NCBI RefSeq assembly: GCF_028641065.1
Contig: NC_073407.1
Location: 21,762,001-21,826,000, forward strand
Length of the DNA: 64,000 bases
Source: Leucoraja erinacea
Taxonomy: Eukaryota
Reading direction: 5' to 3'
Below, piece by piece: positions 37,958 to 50,430 of this stretch. Under the pieces are notes generated by a model, which saw only the letters and a list, made by a program, of their open reading frames with translations, made no database searches and was not told the origin of the DNA. Every line of letters starts with the position of its first letter. Position 1 is the first letter of the stretch. A program made the translations under genes and the position numbers.

Positions 37958-38660
37958 TTAGTTTTAGTTTTAGTTTTAGTTTAAAGATACAGCATGGAAA
38001 CAGGCCTTTCAGCCCAAAGATCCTCCAGCGAGCTAGATAGATCACTCGACGGAAAAGACGTAGTGCGGTCATGGGCAGATTCCTGGGGAATTTTCGGCCC
38101 CATTTCCGTAACCGGCTTCCGTCTCCGCACCAAAGATCCCGTAGCGGAGCAAAGATACTAGTGCGGAGACGGAAGCCGGTTACGGAAACATCCTCGTAAA
38201 AATAAAAGTTCTTTGGTAAAAATCTTCTCCTCGTTTTCAGAATTATAATTTATTAACACAAACTGTTCCCCCGCAACGTTGATTACACTGCGGGTCGGGT
38301 CGGGTTACTGAAATGGATGAAAAAATAAGCTCATGTTCCGCTCCGTTGCGTACTACACGTCAGCCCATTGCATTTAGAAGGAATGGTCTATCTTGCACCG
38401 CTATAGGATCTTTGCTTCAGCCCACCAAGTCCATGCCGACCATCGATCACCCATACACTAGTTCTCTCCGCCACAGTTACAGAAACCAATTAATTTACGC
38501 ACTTGCACGTCTTTGGAGTGTGGGAGGAAACCAGGGCACCCGGAGAAAACCCACGCGGACACGGGGAGAACGTACAAACTCCGTACAGACAGCACCCGTA
38601 GCCAGGATCGAACCCAGGACTCTGGCGCTGTAAGGCAACAACTCTACCACTGCACCACTG
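37958..38660 (-). mobile_element. V-SINE interrupted by a CAAAGAT-TIR MITE
   Basis: SINE tail ggaaacaggcc.ttcagcccacc is split by the insert. Confidence 0.8.
38015..38414. mobile_element. Non-autonomous DNA transposon with CAAAGAT TIRs and 8-bp TSD (same family as 8961-9510)
   Basis: TIR caaagatcct..agcg..agataga; TSD tttcagcc / cttcagcc; shares aatgggctgacgtgtagtacg.aacgga (inverted) with 8961-9510. Confidence 0.8.
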
Positions 38661-39540
38661 TACCAACCCAATAAATGTATTCAGATTTGATTTTGTGGGG
38701 TTTACTGTGTAGTTTGATCCACAAAAACAATTCTGCAATGGGAATGAATGAGAAGACATTTAGTCCATAGCGATCAATAGGAATGAATAGGAAGGGGTTT
38801 GATCCATTTGGATTCTAGACGATGGAGGGAGCTGAATTGTCATGATCGCACACAATGCCAATTTATAGGGAAGAGGTCCATTGATGTTGTAAACAGTGGC
38901 GGACATGGGAAGACAAAGGGAACCTCTGGGATTTGAACACGCTGGTGGGATTGGGAGTGAACTGATGACATTCCTCCATGTTCTTTTGGACATGACTCAT
39001 TTGTTGTGCTTCGGTTGATGAGGCAGCTTGCTGTCCCAAAGCAGCAACACCAGGCCAAGGAACGGGCCCTTGGAGATTGCCCACCGCCAAAGCTCAAACC
39101 AGATGGTATAAGAATTTGCAATGAGGTGATTACATCAAACTGAACCTGTCCCATGTGTGAATCTGGGATCTCAGCCCACCTCTCCTCTCCTCTCCGCTCC
39201 ACGAGTGACTAATAAATATAATGTACAGGCTATATATTAAGCCGCACACTGGGACGCAGGAGGTCTGTGCCCATTTCCTAATGGTCCTGGTTTTTCCCCC
39301 TTTCATATAGGCTGAGGGCTGTACAGCACAGGAACGGGCCCTTCGGCCCACCACATCCATGCCAACCTTGTTGCCCATCTACACAAATCCCATTTCCCCG
39401 CGCTCGCTCCGAATCCATTGATTAGAGTCAGTGTCCATGGCATCTGGTTCCATCAGCTCCTCCGGCGTCTCATTCCAAATATCAACCACTCATCGTGTGA
39501 AAGAGAAAAACCACCCACCAATCCCCTTTAGCACTCTGTT

Positions 39541-39835
39541 ACAGTTTAAGGATAAGGGGGAAATCTTTTAGGACCGAGATGAGAAAAATATTTTTCACAC
39601 AGAGTGTGGTGAATCTCTGGAATTCTCTGCCACAGAAGGTAGTTGAGGCCAGTTCATTGGCTATATTTAAGAGGGAGTTAGATGTGGCCCTTGTGGCTAA
39701 AGGGATCAGGGGGTATAGAGAAAAGGCAGGTACAGGATACTGAGTTGGATGATCAGCCATGATCATATTGAATGGCGGTACAGGCTCGAAGGGCCGAATG
39801 GCCTACTCCTGCACCTATTTTCTATGTTTCTATGT
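39541..39835 (+). mobile_element. Young CR1 LINE 3' fragment
   Basis: Same sequence as the other young CR1 tails. Confidence 0.9.
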
Positions 39836-41618
39836 CCTCTCACCTTAAACCTATGTCCTCTAATTTCTGATACCCTTATCAGGGGGGGAAAAGATTTTGA
39901 TTATCTACCATATCTATTCCTCTTGTACATTTATATACCTCTGTTGGATCACCCCTCTCCCTTCTTAATGCAAGAGGAAACAAGTCCAGTCTATCCGAAC
40001 TCTCCCCTTAACAAAAGTCCACAAATCCCCCAGGTGAATATCCCCTGCAGTCTTTCCAGCACAAAAAACATCCTTCCTTTAGAGTTGCAACCAGGACTGC
40101 ACACAATACTCCGTCAGATTCAGATTCAGATTCATCTTTAATTGTCATTGTCAGTGTACAGTACAGAGACAACGAAATGCAGTTAGCATCTCCCTGGAAG
40201 AGCGACATAGACATGGTGCCGTCCAACTGGTATGTTGTAACGCTGCAACGTAACGTAACGTCCCAACGTTTATATTTATGCACTGAGCTTTGAAGGCAAG
40301 CGTGACATCTGCCTTCTGCGTTCCCTCCCTTCTGTTGCTGTCACTATCTCTTTCTCGCTCTCTCACGCCCTCGCCCTCCCCCCGTCGCTCCTTGCTGACA
40401 GGGCTGCACAAACCAGCCCTCAATAATCCCCTGGCAAAGCCTGAGTTGGGCCGAGTTCCACTTCTGCCCAGAACATGTGCAATGGAACAATGATTAATCC
40501 CTGCTCACTCCAAGAAACGTTCGGTCCACGGGGCCCGTCTCCAGACAACAACCTAGTTTGCAGTTTTTATTTTCTCTCAAATCACACAGTTGCCAGACCC
40601 CAGATTAATTCGGCAACAGTTTCCAAGATTTTCTGCTCCACAACTACCTCAACTTTGGCAGAAAGCAAGAACTTCCCTCATGTTGGCCCATGGAAAGGGC
40701 TGAAACGGGAAAACAGGGAACATGTAATAAAAGAAAACAACCTCAGAATATCTGCCTAATCCATCACGGACTCACTGATGGTATTTCCATATCCAGCAAT
40801 TTCTTGTGATTTAAAAAAAATAAATCAGATTCATATTTCAGAATATATCGTCATCTCCATCTGCAGGCCCAATGCCAAAACTAAAGAACCATCTGAAGAT
40901 TTGGGAGTTCTGCTCTAATGTTCTCTGGCATCGAGATGTAGTTAACATGGATCTTATCATGGGGCTTATACCTCGGTAACATCTCAGCAAGTTATTAGCC
41001 CCGTGGCGCTTGGTCCCCACCACTGCCAAAGGAGACCAAAAGATGTCCACCATGGTGGGATCCCATGCTGAACCAAAAGGCCAAGAGTTCAAGTTCTCCA
41101 CCAGAGACTCCTGATTTACACTTTTATGGGCTTGCCCGTATGCCAGGAATAAATCGGTAAAAGGTGAACCCAGGACTCTTGGATTGGAGCTGAGAAATAT
41201 ATCAGGATCCTCCCAAACCCTTGGAGGCAGCCTCAGCCAATTGCTTGCTCCCAGATCATGAGCCAGGTGAAGAACGTCACCCTCTGGGACCCGCGGAGAG
41301 AACCCAGTGGGGAGATGCACTCTCTGCACTGCCTTGAGATCGTGGAGGAAGGCTGACATGACAGAAATGTGGTCGATAGATCACTCCTCCCTCATCGCAG
41401 TCCAGGCCACATCAACGTGACATCTGTCTCCACCTCCAACATTCCCACTCTCCTCCTGCTGACTCATGCACCACGCAAACACAATCTTTCTTTCCACTGC
41501 TAATTGCTTCTGTTTTTCTTGCAAATTATTCTGACAGCTCTTTGCTGGCAGCTCTCCCAAATTCGTGCTCCTTGTTAGATTGGCCCATATTGAGCTAAGC
41601 TCCCCCAGTGCTGGCCCT

Positions 41619-41810
41619 CTGGCAGTGCGGCACTCTCTCAGTACTGCCCCCCTGTGGCACTCCCTCACTACTGCCCCTCTGACACTGCGGCCCTCCCTTG
41701 ACACTGCAACAATGAATGTTAATCAGGACACTTTTGGTCAAGTCTCTGGTGGAGAATTTGAACTCATAAGCCATTAGCTCCGACTGGAATTCTGCTGCGA
41801 CTGATTGAAT
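41619..41810 (-). mobile_element. Decayed DeuSINE 5' half
   Basis: Minus strand ..gagttcaaattctccaccagagacttg..gcagtactgagagagtgccgcactg resembles a tRNA head plus Deu-domain start. Confidence 0.55.
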
Positions 41811-41829
41811 GATCATGGCCATTTGGTCT

Positions 41830-42405
41830 CCTTTGGGCCTGGGCTGGGACTGAGGACATGCTGCACTCTCAGCAGTACCCCCTTTTTCACCCGATATGTG
41901 AAACCACACATTGCTGCTTTAATTCTGTGCAAAAGATCGCACAACCTGATTTTCCTTGGGAATTCTCTCTGGTATCTGGGCCAGTACGTATGCTCACACC
42001 AATATTCTGCAAAAAAATAGGTGACGTTTCGGATCGAGAGTCTGCAGAAGGGCTCGACCTGAAACGTCACCTATTCCTTTTCTCCAGAGATGCTGCCTGA
42101 CCTGCTGAGTTACTCCAGCTTTTTTGTGTCCATCTAGGGTTTGAACCAGCATCTGCAGTTGCTTCCTACATATGTCTGCCTGACCCGCTGAGTTACTCCA
42201 GCAGTTTGTGTCTATCTTCAGTGTAATCTAGCATCCCCAGTTCCTTCCTACGCATTCTACAAAACATTATCTGGTCACTTATCAGGAGCTTGCTGTGTGC
42301 ATTCTGCCTGTCCCGTTCCCTCCATGTCAATACCAAGTTCCCTCAAAGTAGCTAATCGGCGGGGAGACGCTGGTGGCGACTGGTGCTGGACAAGTCTTTC
42401 CATTT
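41830..42405 (+). mobile_element. Decayed DeuSINE interrupted by a PLE insert (42015-42253)
   Basis: Deu-like motifs aaaagatc, ttctctctggtatctgggcca, ttatctggtca, ggagcttgctgtgtgca; insert TSD attct(g/a)caaaa. Confidence 0.55.
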
Positions 42406-43454
42406 TACTCCCTCGCATTTCTCCGTAAACAGGAGGCTGTTTGGATCTAAAATGGATGCCTTTACTCTGAGAAATGATTCCGAAAGTCAGGGACCTTTTT
42501 TCAACAGTCTGTTTGGCAAATGATCAACGAGTGAGTATGTCTCTTCCAAAAGAGTTCAGCTGTTTTGGATTAGTCGTTACATTTGGGGCCTCGATGAAGT
42601 GCAGTGTTATACAGCGGATCAGTCTACATTGCTGTAACGTTTCCCACACGCCCCCAACATGCTCTACATTGTTCTCAAACCCAAACTAGGACATGCAACA
42701 TCTGCCTCTGAGCTCGCCCTGTGGGAGTGTATTTCATGGAACAGCGCAGCAGAAGAGGCCTTTGGCCCATTTTATCTCTGACGGGCCTTTCTCCGTAGCA
42801 CTGCAAATCTTTCTCCGTCCCCTATCAGTGCCCCTCTCCTGTTTACCAGCACTTGCCAGCAAGCACCAGAACTATGGCGCGCTTGCGTGCGTGTCAATAT
42901 TAACCTCGAGAGACCCGAGCTCCAACTCAACACCAGCCCCCTTTACATGAAACATCTGCCTGCTTGTCGGACACTCAATGATCGATGGATTCTTTACTGT
43001 CACGTGTACCAGCTGCACTGAAATGCATTTTTTGCAATGCAGACCCGCAAGACTATCCCAGAACATAACTCTGCAAAGGAAGAGCAGGAATTTCCTGCAA
43101 ATGTACACTGGGAATACCGAAACCACTGTCTTCAGTTCCCTAGGCACCAACCACATCCCTTCCCCTACACCACCGGTTGAGACCGACCCAGATTCCTCGC
43201 ACCCTTGGCTTTAGACTGTGTAACCGCATCACCTTGAAGACCACCACTGTAACACCACCTAGTTCCATCCTTTACCCCCTGCTGATCTGCTGCTCATTCC
43301 ATGTTCACACCTTTACTACCTCCAGATTTGATTATCCAACATACTCCGAGCCAGCCTTCCTCATTCTACCCTCTGTAAACGCTGCCCTCGTCCTCCCTAC
43401 ACCAACCCATGCTAGTGTCTCGTTGAGTGGTAGGATAGGCTTGGGAATGCCTAG

Positions 43455-43665
43455 AGGCCCTGTCCCACTTGCCGATTTGTTTCCGCGACTGTCGGCATAA
43501 TTGACGTATCAGGTCACTGGAAAAGTTGCGGCGTTGCCGGAGGTTGCAGGTAGTGGAAGCAGGTAGGGAGACTGACAAAAACCTCCGGGAACCGCACGGA
43601 AACCTTGGGTGGGGCGCAAAGTCTCCAGAGGTTTCCGTTCAGGTTTCCTAAGTGGGGCAGGGGCA
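43455..43665. mobile_element. Chimeric Harbinger-like MITE
   Basis: Left arm of the 13675/14764 type, right arm of the 16168-16395 type. Confidence 0.7.
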
Positions 43666-43855
43666 TTAAGGTGAGAGGGGCAAAGCTTAAAAGGAGCTGT
43701 GCGGGGCAAGTTTTTATTTTACACATGGGGTGGTGGTCCAGGGAGATACAATACAATGGTGTTTAAGAGGCTGTTAAATAGGCACGTGGCTATGCTGGAA
43801 AGGGAAGGCATACGGATTATGTACACAGAGTGAAATTAGTACAACAGTATCATGT

Positions 43856-44009
43856 GTAGGAAGGAACAGCAGATGATGGTTTACACCGAAGATAGACACA
43901 AAATGCTGGAGTAACAGCGGGACAAGCAGCATCCCTGGAGAGAAGGAATGGATGACATTTCAAGTCGAGTCTGAAGAAGGGCATCGACCCGAAACATCAC
44001 CCATAACTT
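43856..44009. mobile_element. PLE-derived insert in a CR1 tail
   Basis: 10-bp TSD agtatcatgt at 43846-43855 and 44010-44019. Confidence 0.7.
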
Positions 44010-44930
44010 AGTATCATGTCCGGCTTGGATATTGTGGGCTGAAGGGCCTGTTCCTGTGCTGTACTGTTCTATATCCCATCAATGGTGGAGAAGTTTTGCT
44101 CTGGATCCATTCATGGATACACGGTGGAACCGGCCAGGACTCTCACTATGTCCATTGTCCGACCATTGCAACAGATCTTGGTTAACCACAGTCTAGACAG
44201 TTCTTGTGTCTTGTGAACAGTTAATGCCTGAGCAGCAAAGCTCGATCAGTGTAGTCTAGTCCCAGCTACGAGTCAACATCATCCCACTTCTTATTCCCTG
44301 GGCCCATCCTAAACCCTTCACTGAGTTCATTGCTCACACATCCCAATGGCCACAAATAGACCCTTGGGGCTCCAAGCTAAAGGTCATAAGTAGCTCCAGA
44401 CTCCAAATCCTCCCTCCGCCTTTGTTAAGAGCCCCAGTAGTGAGTGTTTGAAGCTCACACACACATTTGGAGCAATTTCGACTGGGACCTGGCAAGATAG
44501 ACACGACAAGCTGGAGTATCTCCGTTTTTTTGTGTCTATCTCCAGCGTAAACCAGCATCTGCAGTTCCTTCCTACTCATGGTGGCGGGCGAGGTTTGTCT
44601 TTCTCCATTCTCTCTGCTTTTTGCTTTTTTTAAACATTCTTTTATTCCTTACACAAATATTTGCCTGGCTCCCATAGCTGGCAGACTGAACTCAGACCAA
44701 GAACAGCATGGGAAGAAAAAAGATCGGCAGATTTGCAAAGGCTTGCTGTTATTCAGAAAGGTCCTGTGCGTAGCAAGGAACTGCAGATGCTGCTTTAAAA
44801 CCGAAGATAGACGCAAAAAGCCGGAGTAACTCAGCGGGGCAGGCAGCATCGCTGGAGGGAAGGAATGGGTGAAGGTTCGGGTCGATAGGGAAAAAGGGTC
44901 TGAGGAAGGGTCTCGACCCGAAATGCCATA

Positions 44931-45362
44931 TGTTCCCAATGTTGGGCGAGTCCAGAACCAGGGGCCAATGTTCCCAATGTTGGGCGAGTCCAGAACCAGG
45001 GGCCAATGTTCCCAATGTTGGGCGAGTCCAGAACCAGGGGACACAATCTTAGAATAAAGGGGAGGTCATTTAAGACTGAGGTGAGAAAAAACGTTTTCAC
45101 CCAGAGAGTTGTGAATTTATGGAATTCCCTGCCACAGAGGGTAGTGGAGGCCAAATCACTGGATGGATTTAAGAGAGAGTTAGATAGAGCTCTAGGGGCT
45201 AGTGGAGTCATGGGATATGGGGAGAAGGCAGGCACGGGTTATTGATAGTGGACGATCAGCCATGACAAATAAATTGTATTTTGTATCTTGATCACAATGA
45301 ATGGCGGTGCTGGCTCGAAGGGACAAATGGCCTCCTCCTGCACCTATTTTTTATGTTTCTAT
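44931..45362 (+). mobile_element. CR1 3' fragment with a triplicated 38-bp 5' end
   Basis: Units start at 44931, 44969 and 45007; ORF 45006-45245 is an RT C-terminus. Confidence 0.88.
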
Positions 45363-46835
45363 GCCACCAATTCCTTCCCTCCAGAAATACTGCCTGCCCC
45401 GCTGAGTTACCCCAGCTTTTTGCATCTAGCAAGAAGATATCAGTCACAGCTTTGGAAATGTTGACTGGTCTTCAGTCTTGGACAGCATTGAGTCTTAAGG
45501 TTCTCGCCTCCCATTGTGGGAAGAGGTGCTTCCTGGCCTGTTTGTTCTGCCGTTGAGGTTATCTGCTCTTGCTCTGAACCATCATTGGAGGAGAGAGTTC
45601 CTCTGCATCTCTCCATTAAAGCCGAGTGTCACATTTCAAACAGCCCGATTAAATCACTCCTTTAATTTTCTTGTTGTAGAAACAAGGAGCCTGCAGATAC
45701 CAGGTGAACAAGGAAAGGAACAAAATGCTGGAGTAACTCCACAGGTCAGGCAGCATCCTTGGAGAACGTGGTTGAGTGACATTTTGGGTGGGGGACACTT
45801 CTTCAGATCTGACCTGAAATGTCGCCCATCCATGTTCTCCAGGGACGCTGCCCATTCTGCCGAGTTACTCCGGCATTTTGTGTCTCTCCACAATCTTCTC
45901 CTCCACGGCATGCAATTCTCTGATGCCAGCCCGCATTTGTTTTGCCCTTTTAACGGCAGGATCGCTCTGGGGGAGGGGGACACTGAGAAGGAAGAGGGAC
46001 CAACATGACTCGAATGAGAACTCCTGTAACTTTGTTGGCCCCAGAAACGTGACGATGCTTTTGTGTACTTTGTGTGTTGTACTCAAAAACAAAGCATTGC
46101 ACTGTACCCAAGTACAAGTGACAATAGACCATCATGGAACCATTGGTGTACCTGCACTGCATCACCGTGAAGGAAAGGTCCTTCATTATTCCAGGTGAGA
46201 TCTACTCAGAACTGCAACACAATGTCCAAACTTTCCATTTTGACCCACAATGAGAGAAATGGCAGCACTGCCTTTGTTGGAAAATACTCCTGCATATTGT
46301 TCTGGGGTCACCTGTAGGCCATCTAATCCTTCTTTACTCAAACAAAAAGATTCATAACTTCTACATCTCAATCCTAAAGGCAACTCCTATGTTCCGAGCT
46401 GGTCAGACATCAGAAGGTTAAAGATTGAAAGAGATCCCATCTTATGTTGTGGACCAGAGTAATTCAACCTCTCTTCAAGGGCCTCCCTCCTCATCTTGTG
46501 AAACCATCTAGCAAATCTTTATTGTGAAGGTACCTCACCCAAGGCAAGAAGACCTCGACCATATATAGTTTGCTGCAGTTCCACTAATGCTCGATATAAT
46601 GTGAAAGTCTTCCAAATTAGGATAGGCACAAAGAGCTGGAGTAACTCAGCGGGTCAGGCAGCATCTCTGGAGAAATGGAACAGGTGACGTTTCGGGTCTG
46701 AAGAAAGGTCTTGACCTGAAGCGTCACCCATTCCTTTTCTCCAGTCATGCTGTCTGATCCGCTGAGTTACTCCAGTTTTTTTGCGTCCATATTCGGTTTA
46801 AACCAGCATTTCGGGTTGGATCCCTTCATTTTATT

Positions 46836-47117
46836 TTTAGTTTATCTTAGTTTGGAGACACAGCGTGGACACAGGCCCTTCGGCCCACCGAGTCCGTGCC
46901 GGCCAGCGATCCCCGCACACCAACACTATCCAATGCACGCTAGTGATAATTCACATTTACACCAAGCCAATGAACCTACACACCTGTACTCCTTTGTAGT
47001 GTGGGAGGAAACCAGAACACCCGGAGAAAACCCACGCAGGTCACGGGGAGAACGTACAAACTCCGTACAGACAGCACCCGTAGTCAGGATCAAACCCGGG
47101 TCTCTGGCGCTGTGAGG
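46836..47117 (-). mobile_element. V-SINE (HE1-like)
   Basis: Reverse-complement tail and V-domain. Confidence 0.82.
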
Positions 47118-47545
47118 CATGTCCCCACATAGATGGTGTACGCCTCTACAGCCACCTTACAGCTTATCTTCCCACATCCTAGCTTTGATCAGTAGATGTG
47201 GATGCCCTCAGTCTCTTCATACAAACCATTATAGTGATTGGAAACAGATGACATGCAAGCATTGATCAATGCAGGAGTCCACTAATTAAAGCTTGCCCAT
47301 CCATTTATTTTTCTAATTCCTGTCCATTGATTATCTGATCATTATTTTCCATTGGACACTTCCTATTACTAATAGCCTTTTCATCAGAAGACATTGGTCG
47401 TAAAATAGACTCCTGTGCAGTTGGATCCTTGGCAAGTTGGTCTCGAAGTAGATGCTTTGCAAGCTTTCTGTGGCCGTCTCAAAGGCGCAGGGCAAGGGAA
47501 ACATTCTTACCTGGGAAAAGCTGGGAGACAAACAACTGGCCTTAC

Positions 47546-47713
47546 CTGGGTACAACTGTTTGGTTTGTGCACTAAGCTGGGCGAGTCGGGTGACCTTATA
47601 GGCAACATCTGGAGTACTGGTCAATTTTCTGTTGGGACAAAGTCCAGTTACTCTCTCTATTCCGTCGGGTAAGGTGTGCAGTTGTAGAATCTTCAGGATG
47701 TCCACTGGCTCCA
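47546..47713 (-). CDS. Type V/XI (clade B) fibrillar collagen alpha chain, exon 2 (start of TSPN/LamG domain); COL11A1/COL5A1-like
   Basis: Encodes [55 protein letters not shown], similar to COL5A1/COL11A1 exon 2. Acceptor ttctcttcttcccacag, donor G|GTAAG. Length 168 bp (same as recalled for human COL11A1/COL5A1 exon 2), phase 1-1. Confidence 0.95.
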
Positions 47714-48329
47714 CTGTGGGAAGAAGAGAAGATGATTAAAATATAGCTCGTGTCAACCCAGGCTCTCAGCAAACATGCCCTCACCTCCCTTCATTTAAAT
47801 CAGGCATTAAGTTACATTTACGCAGCAGGTAATTCTCCAACAGACTGTTTCACAGGAACGTACGAATGTGAACGTTTTATACAGAAGATACATCTTGTCA
47901 GGGGTTATGGGGAGAAGGCAGGAGAATGGGGCTGAGAGGGAAAGATAGATCAGCCACGATTGAATGGCAGAATAGACCTGAAGGGCAGAATGGCCTAATT
48001 CTGCGCCTAGACCCGATGTATTTTAACAACTGATTTGGTGGAATCATTGAAGCTCACAATGCTGAGTGAGCTCATTTGGCCCACTGTGTCTATGGCCACT
48101 CATTGGAAGCCATGCAAATCTCATTCCCCATAGCCCTGTCCAATTCCCACTTCCAACGGGTACAGAAACTACTTCCACGCGCCTTCCAGACAACGCATTC
48201 CGATTGCAACAACTCACGGCGTATAAAGTTTCTTTGTCAAGGTGCATCGTGACCTTGAAGTCCTGATGCAGCTTCGTGGGACTTGGGTTGGGACATGCTT
48301 GGAGTATTCTGCCTGGTCGCCTCATTACC

Positions 48330-48690
48330 CTGAGCGGGCAAGATCATCTCTGACCCCTCTCACCCTGGCCACAAACTCTTTGAATCACTTCCCTCTGGAA
48401 GGCGACTCCGGACTGTCAAAGCTGCCACAGCCAGACATAAAAACAGTTTTTATCCACGAGTAGTTGCTCTACTCAATAGCCAAAAATCTGTAGCCTCCCT
48501 TTGATCTGGTATTTTGTTGGTTCACATGCTTGATCAATGGTGTTTTATCATTAATGTTTTATTATTATTAATGTTTGGTGTTTTCCGAGTTATTCGTAAC
48601 TGTCACTGTATGTCATGTTGTTACTTGTGGGCAGAGCACCAAGCCAAATTCCTTGTATGTGAATACTTGGCCAATAAACGTACTTACTTA
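48330..48690 (+). mobile_element. Rex1/Babar-type LINE 3' end inserted in an old CR1 fragment (about 48235-49160)
   Basis: RAGKIISDPSHPGHKLFESLPSGRRLRTVKAATARHKNSFYPRVVALLN; aataaa plus (ttac)n tail. Confidence 0.75.
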
Positions 48691-49164
48691 CAGGAAGGAA
48701 GTGGAGTCTTTGGAAAGGGTGCCGAGGAGGTTGACAAGAATGGTGCCTGGATTAAGGGGCCATTAGCTTCAGGGAGAAGTTGGACAGACTAGGATTGTTT
48801 TCCCTAGAACGTGGGAGGTTTGTGGGAAATGAATAATAAAATTAGCAGAAGCATGGGTAGGGTAGACAGTCATAATCTTTTTCCCCGGGATGGAAATACC
48901 AAACACGAGAGGACAGAGCTTGATGGTGAGAGGAGCAACTTTCAAAGCAGATGTGTGGAACAATAATTTTTTTGAGTACCTGCAATATGCTGCCGGATGG
49001 TGTTTGAAGCAGCTAGGTCGTGGCATGTATAAGGCTATTGGATAGCAGGGAATGGAGGAATATTGGGTAAGTGCAAGTGGATAAGTGGTGATCTTGGCCT
49101 CATGCTCAGCACATGCATTTAGGGCAGAAGGGCCATGTTCTTGTGCTGTACTGCTCCATATTAC

Positions 49165-49384
49165 TCTGGAATTCTCTGCCACAGAAGGTAGTTGAGGCCA
49201 GTTCATTGGATATATTTAAGAGGGAGTTAGACGTGGCCATTGTGGCTAAAGGCATCAGGGGGTATGGAGAGAAGGCAGGTACGGGATACTGAGTTGGATG
49301 ATCAGCCATGATCATATTGAATGGCGGTGCAGGCTCGAAGGGCCGAATGGCCTACTCCTGCACCTATTTTCTATGTTTCTATGT
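49165..49384 (+). mobile_element. Young CR1 3' tail
   Basis: Matches the other young copies. Confidence 0.88.
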
Positions 49385-50430
49385 TACCTCACATCTGGTT
49401 CACAAGGTCATAGGGCCATAAGGGATAGGAGTAGAATTAGGCCATTCGGCCCATCTAGTCTACTCCGCCATTCAATCGTGGCTGATCTATCTCTCCCTCC
49501 AAACCCCCATTCCCCTGCCTTCTCCCCATAACTGCTGACACCTGTACTAATCAAGAATCTGTCTACCTCTGCCTTAAAAATATCCACTGACTTGGCCTCC
49601 ACAGCCTTGGAATTCCACAGATTCACCACCACAAATAAGGTAATTTGGGGATTACCTCAAATGCGTGTCCTCTGGCTGCCAACACACCTACTTGTTTCTC
49701 TTTATTTATTCGTGTTTCTGCCATAACAGTGAATAGCTCCAAAAAGTCCCCTCCAATATCTCCAGGCCTGCTACAAAATTCCCTTTAAGGAGGTAACTCC
49801 GATTTCATTTTTAAAAATGATTTTAAAATACTACCACACTTAAAACACACAATCTTCTACACTTCAGGAATTCTGCACTCCAGGGATTTTCAGCCTACTT
49901 GCCAAAGCTTAGTTTAATATAGAGGCACAGCACAGAAACAGGCCTTTCGGGCCCACTCCGACCATTGATCACCATTTCCGATTCAGATTGAGATTGAATC
50001 TTTATTGTCATTGTGCAGTGTACAGTACAGAGACAACGAAATGCAGGTAGCATCTCCCCCAGAAGAACCAACATAGAATAATGAGCAATGAAATATACTA
50101 GCTCTATGTTATGCCATTTTCTCATCGACTCCTTGCACAGAGGGTGCAATTTACAAAGTCCAATTAACCAGCAGTTATCCTCTACCACATATATGCGTGT
50201 ACCCCAAAGGCAACTTTTCCAATCTTCACGTGGCTCCACTTCAAAAGCCCTCTGGAACATCTTGAAAGCATGCACCACAGAAATGCAAATATTTATTTCC
50301 AGATTTCCTCCCTGAATCACATAAAGTACTCCAGATGGGTCTAACCAGGGTGTTATATTACTGTAAAGTACCCCTATGTTTTCTATCTGTAAAAAAAATG
50401 TTATCATTTCGGTGGCTTTCAAAATTGATT

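Noticed and set aside
40838-41359. 173-aa minus-strand ORF overlapping the duplicated segment
   Set aside because: No recognisable domain, and the paralogous copy at 8509-8960 has indels and no matching ORF.
44931-45040. CRISPR-like repeat arrays (also 11517-11610)
   Set aside because: Head-to-tail tandem units with no spacers, in a eukaryotic context with no cas genes.
46694-46729. Hammerhead with a good stem I (GGGT/ACCC)
   Set aside because: Core reads GAAG rather than GAAA and lies antisense to the gene; probably inactive.
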